Assembly (NCBI GenBank): GCA_047602425.1
Contig: JASGHG010000001.1
Location: 2,208,001-2,272,000 of the forward strand
DNA from: Nibricoccus sp.
Lineage (GTDB): Bacteria; Verrucomicrobiota; Verrucomicrobiia; Opitutales; Opitutaceae
Direction of reading: 5' to 3'
DNA length: 64,000 nt
Below are positions 58,402-64,000 of this stretch, piece after piece; position 1 is the first letter of the stretch, and each line of letters begins with the position of its first letter. The position numbers and the translations under genes were made by a program. Below the pieces are notes generated by a model that saw only the letters and a list, made by a program, of their open reading frames with translations, searched no databases and was not told the DNA's origin.

Positions 58402-61341
58402 CTAACGCTTCAGCAGGAGCAACCAGGCGCCCGAGGAGGGTTTCGCAAAACGGTTGTCGCGGTCGAATTTCGCAGACTGAACGGCGCCGGTTTTCGCGTC
58501 GCACCAGAGGGCGGTGCGATGGGTGCCGGCGTTCTTCAATTCGACGAAGGCGGATTCGCCTTCGGGGAGGAAATAAAGCGAGATGCTGCGGTTTTCATTG
58601 GCGAGGAGCCAGGTGCTATTACCGGTATCGACCGGTTTTAGTTCGGCGAGACAGTCTCCGAGATGCTCGCGCACGAAAGCGATGAAGGCGCGGTCATCGC
58701 GATCGTTTTTCAGCGGCTGGGCGGCGGCGTAATCGGCCAGCAGCGGCATCGCGCCGCCCGCCATTAAGATCGGAACCGGACCCTGACCCGCGTGGGGAGC
58801 GATGATGGCTTTGTCGGGGAAGCGGTCGCGATATTCGCGGACTTGTTTGTACACGAGTGCGGCCGTGCCCTGTGGAATGAGATCCTTGCCGAAGGCGGCG
58901 GTGCGGTCCTCGCGGAAAGCAGTTTTGCCATCGCTGTGCGGGGCAAAGAGGGAACCATCAGCCAGATACTGCCAGTAGCGCTGGTCGACGGCGGCGACGA
59001 GCGAGGCGCGTTTGGGGTCGGCGAGAATGGCATCGGTGATGGCTTTGCTGGTATTGAGAACGATGAATACGCGTTTGCCGCGGGCGGCCTGCCATTCGGC
59101 GACGGTATCGAGGAAGAATTGTTGGAACGAGAGCGGGCCGGCGAATTGGAAGGCGAGGGTGTGGATGACGTTGGGTTGCCCGTCGAAGGCGTCGAGGCCG
59201 TGCCAAATGAAAAGCCGGTGCAACTCGCGGCGCACGGGATGGCTGATATCGTAGAAGTCGGCGACGATGCCGATTCGCGAACCGTTATTGGTGAAAGGTG
59301 GCGGTTCGGTGAAGCCGGTTTCCTGAATGCAGTTGGCGGAGCGCCAGGGAAATTCGGCCCAGTGTGCAGCGGCTTCGACAAAGTTATGATGATTGTAGAA
59401 ATGATGGTAGAGAATCATGTCGCGGTGGGCGCACTCGGTCGCGAATTCACGGAGACGATTCCAATACCAAGGGTTGAACTTCGTGAGATCGTATTTGCTC
59501 AGTCCATCGGCGGCGGTGCCTTGGCCGCTGCGAGCCCACGGCGTTTCATAAAAAGGGGCACAGACATCGGCGTCGGGCTGGCTGATGGTGAGATGAGAAT
59601 CGCGGCGGCGGTCGTACCAAAGGCCGGGCCAGACGTGGACAAGGGTATTGCCGTTTGCGGCGAGGCGGGTTGCGAGCTCGGACAGATCTTCAGTCAGGCC
59701 GGGTCCGGTTTTACCTGGAACCCAGCGCGTGGCGCTCCAGCCAAGTTCGGCGGCGCGGGCTGGGATCGCCTGGCCTTTCCACCAAGCGTTGCTGGTGGCT
59801 GTGCCGAAAAGAACTTTGTTGCGAATAGTGAAGCGGCCATTGGTGATGCCGAAGGGTGCGGAAAGTGAGACCGGCGGCGAAAAAACGGACGGCGGAGCGG
59901 ATTGGCCGGAGGCCGTAGATTGGAGATCGGAGGTCGGGGGTCGGGAATCGGCGCGGTTTGACGCGGGTTCGGATTTGACGGATTGCCGGGCGGCGAGCTG
60001 AGTGCGGTAGAGGGAAAGTTTAGTGGAGTCGGAAAGGTTTTGGTTACTGGCACCAGGCGGGTTTTCGGCGAGGATTTTTTTGGCCGTGCAGTTCCACGCC
60101 ATGGAATTGGCGGCATTCCAGCCGGCGCCCTGAAAACGTTCGCCGAGGGTGCCGAGGACGAGGGAGCCACCGTCGATTTTCACGTTGTCAAAGAGTGTGC
60201 CGGAAGCCCAGCTCTCGATGGATCCGCTGTCTCCCGTCGCATGGGTAGCCACGCATTCGAAGAACACATTCGGCCCGGCCGCGCAGTGTCCCACGAGAAA
60301 AGGATGACGTGCGCCGTCGGCGGTGCAGCGTTGCACGAGGATTTGTTGTCCACCCACGTAGAAACCGAAGCGCCGCCAGCCAGCGTCGGCACCGACCGGC
60401 GCCTCACTCCGGCAGTCCTGCACGGTGATCGCGCGAGTGCCGGTGCCGAGCCAAACGGCGGCGCTGACAAAGTGGCGGGCGGTCACATCGCGTACCCAGG
60501 CGTTTTCTGTATTTTCAATCTGAATACCGATCCAAGCGTGTTCTTCGTCAGTGGCAGAATTGGAATCGAACTCACTCTGCAAAGTAAGATTTTCTACGCC
60601 GACGTTTTGCAGGCGGCTCGGCCAGTTGAGCGTTTGTGCGGTGGCGTTGCCATATTTGGCCTCAAGGGCGGTGGTGATGGGCGCATCGAACGTAACAGCC
60701 TGCGCGGCGGCGTCGATGGCGATAATGGTTCGGTCCCACTCGATCTCGCGGGAACCGGGCACCCAATTGAGACGGATGTCGGGAAAATTTCCGGGAAATT
60801 TGTCCATGCCGAGGTCTTGGGCCCACTCCTTCGTGCTCGGACGGCGGATGAGCACGCGTTGCCCGATCGACAGTCCATCAACCTTTGCAAGTTTGAGAGT
60901 CCGGCCTCCAACCGGGGCATCGGCGCCGATCGCGAGAGGAATGCCCAGCTTGCGATCCAAGGCGCTGCCAGAAATGAGAATGAGCGCCCGTCGCGATTGG
61001 CCGGTCGCCACCAACGTCGCGTTTTCGCCACGGAGTACGACACCGGAAGCGCGGATTTGCAGCTGGCCACTGACGGGATAAACGCCGGCTTTGAGGAGGA
61101 TGGCCCCTCGCAGGCCGGAGGGTGTGACGGCGAGCGAAGAAACTTTGTCGATAGCGGATTGGATGGCCGCGGTTGCATCGCCCTTTGACGGTTCGATGAT
61201 CATCGCATGGGCGACTTCCGGCAGGGGCAACTCTCCGCCGCTGAATCCCGCTTGGGAATAGTCCAGCGAAGCAGGCTCGGCAAAAAGAGCAACCGAACTA
61301 ACAAAAAGGAATAGTCCAAAAAAAAGGCGGGGACGGAGCAT
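58402..61341 (-). CDS. Secreted pectate-lyase-like beta-helix protein fused to a DUF6298-like domain
   Basis: DYSQAGF, GDATAAIQSAID, GVVLRG, WVRDVT; second domain with WARSGQG...KYDLTKFNPWYW. Confidence 0.7.
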   Translation of the reverse strand: MLRPRLFFGLFLFVSSVALFAEPASLDYSQAGFSGGELPLPEVAHAMIIEPSKGDATAAIQSAIDKVSSLAVTPSGLRGAILLKAGVYPVSGQLQIRASGVVLRGENATLVATGQSRRALILISGSALDRKLGIPLAIGADAPVGGRTLKLAKVDGLSIGQRVLIRRPSTKEWAQDLGMDKFPGNFPDIRLNWVPGSREIEWDRTIIAIDAAAQAVTFDAPITTALEAKYGNATAQTLNWPSRLQNVGVENLTLQSEFDSNSATDEEHAWIGIQIENTENAWVRDVTARHFVSAAVWLGTGTRAITVQDCRSEAPVGADAGWRRFGFYVGGQQILVQRCTADGARHPFLVGHCAAGPNVFFECVATHATGDSGSIESWASGTLFDNVKIDGGSLVLGTLGERFQGAGWNAANSMAWNCTAKKILAENPPGASNQNLSDSTKLSLYRTQLAARQSVKSEPASNRADSRPPTSDLQSTASGQSAPPSVFSPPVSLSAPFGITNGRFTIRNKVLFGTATSNAWWKGQAIPARAAELGWSATRWVPGKTGPGLTEDLSELATRLAANGNTLVHVWPGLWYDRRRDSHLTISQPDADVCAPFYETPWARSGQGTAADGLSKYDLTKFNPWYWNRLREFATECAHRDMILYHHFYNHHNFVEAAAHWAEFPWRSANCIQETGFTEPPPFTNNGSRIGIVADFYDISHPVRRELHRLFIWHGLDAFDGQPNVIHTLAFQFAGPLSFQQFFLDTVAEWQAARGKRVFIVLNTSKAITDAILADPKRASLVAAVDQRYWQYLADGSLFAPHSDGKTAFREDRTAAFGKDLIPQGTAALVYKQVREYRDRFPDKAIIAPHAGQGPVPILMAGGAMPLLADYAAAQPLKNDRDDRAFIAFVREHLGDCLAELKPVDTGNSTWLLANENRSISLYFLPEGESAFVELKNAGTHRTALWCDAKTGAVQSAKFDRDNRFAKPSSGAWLLLLKR
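59908..59949. repeat. Six tandem degenerate heptamers in the interdomain linker
   Basis: GGAGGCC GTAGATT GGAGATC GGAGGTC GGGGGTC GGGAATC. Confidence 0.65.
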
Positions 61342-61486
61342 CGGTGGGAGGAATTTATGAAAAACACTACGCCTCGGCCATCACTGGCGCCAATGGAAAA
61401 TAACTCCGCGCGAATCAAGAATCGGGGGAACGACGGCAGCGAGAAGCCTTGCGTCGATCGCAGTTTGGGGGAAACTGCGCCATTGG

Positions 61487-61840
61487 GTGAACAACGACGT
61501 TTTACCGAAGTGCCTCGCTTGCGGCGTATGCTGTTTCTCGCGGCTGGAGACTTATGTGCGCGTAAGCGGCGCCGACTGGACCAGACTGGGCGACGATGCC
61601 GGCCGCTACGCGTACTTCATAGGGCATCGCGCATACATGAATATGGAGGAAGGCCATTGCGCGGCGTTAGAGATACAAATAGGTTCGGAAGGTACACGTG
61701 AATATATTTGCAGAGTCTATGATCGACGGCCCCAAATCTGTCGCGATTTGGAGCGAGGTTCCCCTCAATGCGCCGGCGAGCGTTTGCTCAAAAGCGACCG
61801 GCCGTCGGAGAGTCCGAGCCCAATGGAGGTAGCAACTTAG
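61487..61840 (+). CDS. YkgJ-family cysteine cluster protein
   Basis: CLACGVCC, CAAL, CRVYDRRPQICR. Confidence 0.85.
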   Translation: MNNDVLPKCLACGVCCFSRLETYVRVSGADWTRLGDDAGRYAYFIGHRAYMNMEEGHCAALEIQIGSEGTREYICRVYDRRPQICRDLERGSPQCAGERLLKSDRPSESPSPMEVAT

Positions 61841-62760
61841 CGCGGCGGACGAGACTGGCTGCCCCGGTCGAGCTTCTGATCGTCATAGGAGAGAGGATCC
61901 TCGATGGGTTCCAGGTGGGTGAAAACGGAAGAGTCCTTCACTGCGGTCCGGATCTCCGCTTCAATTTTTTCCAGCAAGTCATGGCCCTGTTGCACGGACC
62001 AGGCGCCAGGGACAAGCACGTCGACGGCAATGAATTTCCGCGCGCCCGCCTGGCGCGTGCGCAGTGCGTGAAACTGGATGCCGTCATTTTCATGCCGGGC
62101 AAAAATCGCCTTAACCGCCGTGATATTCTCGAAAGGCAGGGCAGCGTCCATAAGACCCGCGATGGAGCGGCGCACGATTTTAACACCGGTCCAGACAATG
62201 TTGGCGGCGACGAGAATGGCCACGATTGGATCAAGGCGTGTCCAGCCCGTGACCGCCACTGCGCCAATCGCGGCCACGACGCCCACCGAAGTCCAGACAT
62301 CGGTCATCAAGTGATGGCCGTTCGCTTCGAGCGTGATTGAATTTCGTTTGCGACCGACGCGGATCATCAACAGTGCCGTCGCGAGATTGATGACCGAGGC
62401 CGCGAGCGAAACCACTAAACCGACTCCAATTTGTTCCAACGGTTTCGGGTTCAGCAGGCGTCCGTAGGCGGCCCAGGCGATGCTGCCAGCTGCGATCAGG
62501 ATCAATGTACCTTCAACGCCGCTCGAAAAATATTCCGCCTTGTTGTGCCCGTAAGCATGTTCGTCATCCGCCGGGCGCGCGGCAATTTTCAACATCGTCA
62601 AGGCCATGACGCCACCGGCAAGATTCACGAGGGATTCCACGGCATCGGAAAACAATCCCACCGAACCTGTCAGCAGATACGCCGTGGATTTCAGCACGAT
62701 CGTTGCGATCGAGGCCGCGATCGAAATCCAGGCAAAGCGGGTGAGGGAGACTTTTTCCAT
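61837..62760 (-). CDS. Cation diffusion facilitator transporter (FieF-like)
   Basis: GSVGLFSDAVES, HAYGHNKAEY, HLMTDVWTS, THLEP. Confidence 0.93.
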   Translation of the reverse strand: MEKVSLTRFAWISIAASIATIVLKSTAYLLTGSVGLFSDAVESLVNLAGGVMALTMLKIAARPADDEHAYGHNKAEYFSSGVEGTLILIAAGSIAWAAYGRLLNPKPLEQIGVGLVVSLAASVINLATALLMIRVGRKRNSITLEANGHHLMTDVWTSVGVVAAIGAVAVTGWTRLDPIVAILVAANIVWTGVKIVRRSIAGLMDAALPFENITAVKAIFARHENDGIQFHALRTRQAGARKFIAVDVLVPGAWSVQQGHDLLEKIEAEIRTAVKDSSVFTHLEPIEDPLSYDDQKLDRGSQSRPPR

Positions 62761-62920
62761 GAGGGATTTTGCCGATTTGTGAGCGACAAAAAAACACTGC
62801 GAGCATTCTCGGGGTTCGGGCAAATGTTTTCGCCAAAAGGCTTCGGATGGTTCTGTCTGGCATTCCCCTTCTGCAAGTCCGCAAGAACGGCAAAGCAAAA
62901 CACCCAGCGACTAGGGCAAA

Positions 62921-63802
62921 ATGTCTTCCGCCATGAATTCCGTCCGTCCAGAAACTTTGCACGATTACCACGAACGGTTGAATCGCGTGCTGGTGCACAT
63001 CGACCAGCATCGGAGCGAAGCGCTTTCGCTCGACCGGCTCGCGGGAATTGCCTGCCTTTCGCCCTGCCATTTCCACCGGACCTTCCGGGCGATGGTTGGC
63101 GAACCGCTGGGGCAGTACGTGCAACGAATCCGCTTGGAAACCGCCGCCTTGCATCTGCAAACCTCGACTCGCAGCGTGCTCGAAATCTCGCTCGATGCAG
63201 GTTATGAAAGCGCGGCGGCCTTCACGCGGGCTTTTGAACAACGGTTCGGTCTGGCTCCCACCGAATGCCGCGCTTCCCACCGTTTTGAACTAAAAGTGCG
63301 CGCGGCCAAACTAAAACAAAATAATACCGCCAATATGATCGCTCCCGAAATCCGCCACCGCACTCCCACTGCTGTCGCCTTCGTTCGCCATACAGGTCCT
63401 TATGCTTCCGTCGGCGCGGCCTGGCAAAAAATCTGTTCCTTCGCCGGTTCGCGCCAGCTGTTGGGTCCCAAAACCAACTACATCGGCATCAGCCATGACG
63501 ATCCAAACATCACCGCTAATGAACAATTGCGTTACGACGCCTGCGTGACGCTAGACCGCGAACTTCAGCCCGCCGGTGAAGTCGGCGTACAAACCATTCC
63601 GGGGGGCCGATACGCGGTCTTTCTCCATTGTGGGCCTTACGAAAATTTCAATGCGACTTACGACGCGATCTATCGCGATTGGCTTCCGAGCAGCCATGAG
63701 CAGTTGCGCAACCAGTCTTCATTCGAGATTTATCTCAACTCGGTGGAAAACACCCCGCCAGCGGACCTTCGCACCGAGATTTGGGTTCCGCTGGAGAATT
63801 GA
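62921..63802 (+). CDS. AraC-family regulator with GyrI-like effector domain
   Basis: N-terminal AraC HTH (SPCHFHRTF, FTRAF); C-terminal HDDP..LRYDAC, GGRYAVFLHCGPY. Confidence 0.93.
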   Translation: MSSAMNSVRPETLHDYHERLNRVLVHIDQHRSEALSLDRLAGIACLSPCHFHRTFRAMVGEPLGQYVQRIRLETAALHLQTSTRSVLEISLDAGYESAAAFTRAFEQRFGLAPTECRASHRFELKVRAAKLKQNNTANMIAPEIRHRTPTAVAFVRHTGPYASVGAAWQKICSFAGSRQLLGPKTNYIGISHDDPNITANEQLRYDACVTLDRELQPAGEVGVQTIPGGRYAVFLHCGPYENFNATYDAIYRDWLPSSHEQLRNQSSFEIYLNSVENTPPADLRTEIWVPLEN

Positions 63803-63855
63803 GCTCAATCCAACCGATCCACCCACCACCACTATTTTTAAAATCACAATAATAT

Positions 63856-64000
63856 ATGGCACCGAAGAAAATCGATCTGAAGAAGGAGCTGAAAGAGCTC
63901 TATGGCGCTCCGACGAAGGAGATCGTGCAGATAGAAGTGCCAGCACTCTGGTTTCTTATGGTGGACGGGCAGGGAGATCCAAACACGACACCTGAGTATG
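63856..64000 (+). CDS. GyrI-like domain protein, 5' part; runs off the window end
   Basis: Manual translation MAPKKIDLKKELKELYGAPTKEIVQIEVPALWFLMVDGQGDPNTTPEY. Confidence 0.8.
   Translation, partial: MAPKKIDLKKELKELYGAPTKEIVQIEVPALWFLMVDGQGDPNTTPEY

Overview
GC-rich bacterial chromosomal window. A VPDSG-CTERM protein, a very large TonB-dependent receptor and the general gene content point to Verrucomicrobiota, probably Opitutaceae (inference). It looks origin-proximal: dnaN preceded by an oriC-like intergenic region with no adjacent dnaA, recA, mnmE, mnmG with a perfect internal parS, two RNA methyltransferases and a phoBR-like pair. Accessory content includes a MarR/RND efflux operon, GH105, a propeller-sensor two-component system with two tandem paralogous secreted proteins divergent from a TonB receptor (3' frameshift), a hybrid kinase, an ECF42-type sigma/YciI/SRPBCC cluster, a split sugar ABC system, a DUF3299-like pair plus alkaline phosphatase, and a CusCBA-type efflux system. 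Best leads: (1) a CnrYXH-like anti-sigma/sensor/ECF module with three identically spaced TGAGGG-N16-GYGTA promoters defining a mini-regulon; (2) eight covarying intergenic palindromes centred on TA-W-TA (REP/REPIN-like); (3) an unannotated 34-aa single-TM ORF heading the MarR-RND operon; (4) a possible phosphatase-maturation operon; (5) an oriC candidate uncoupled from dnaA. I recognised no rRNA, tRNA, CRISPR array or transposase. All family calls are by eye from motifs; no database search was run.
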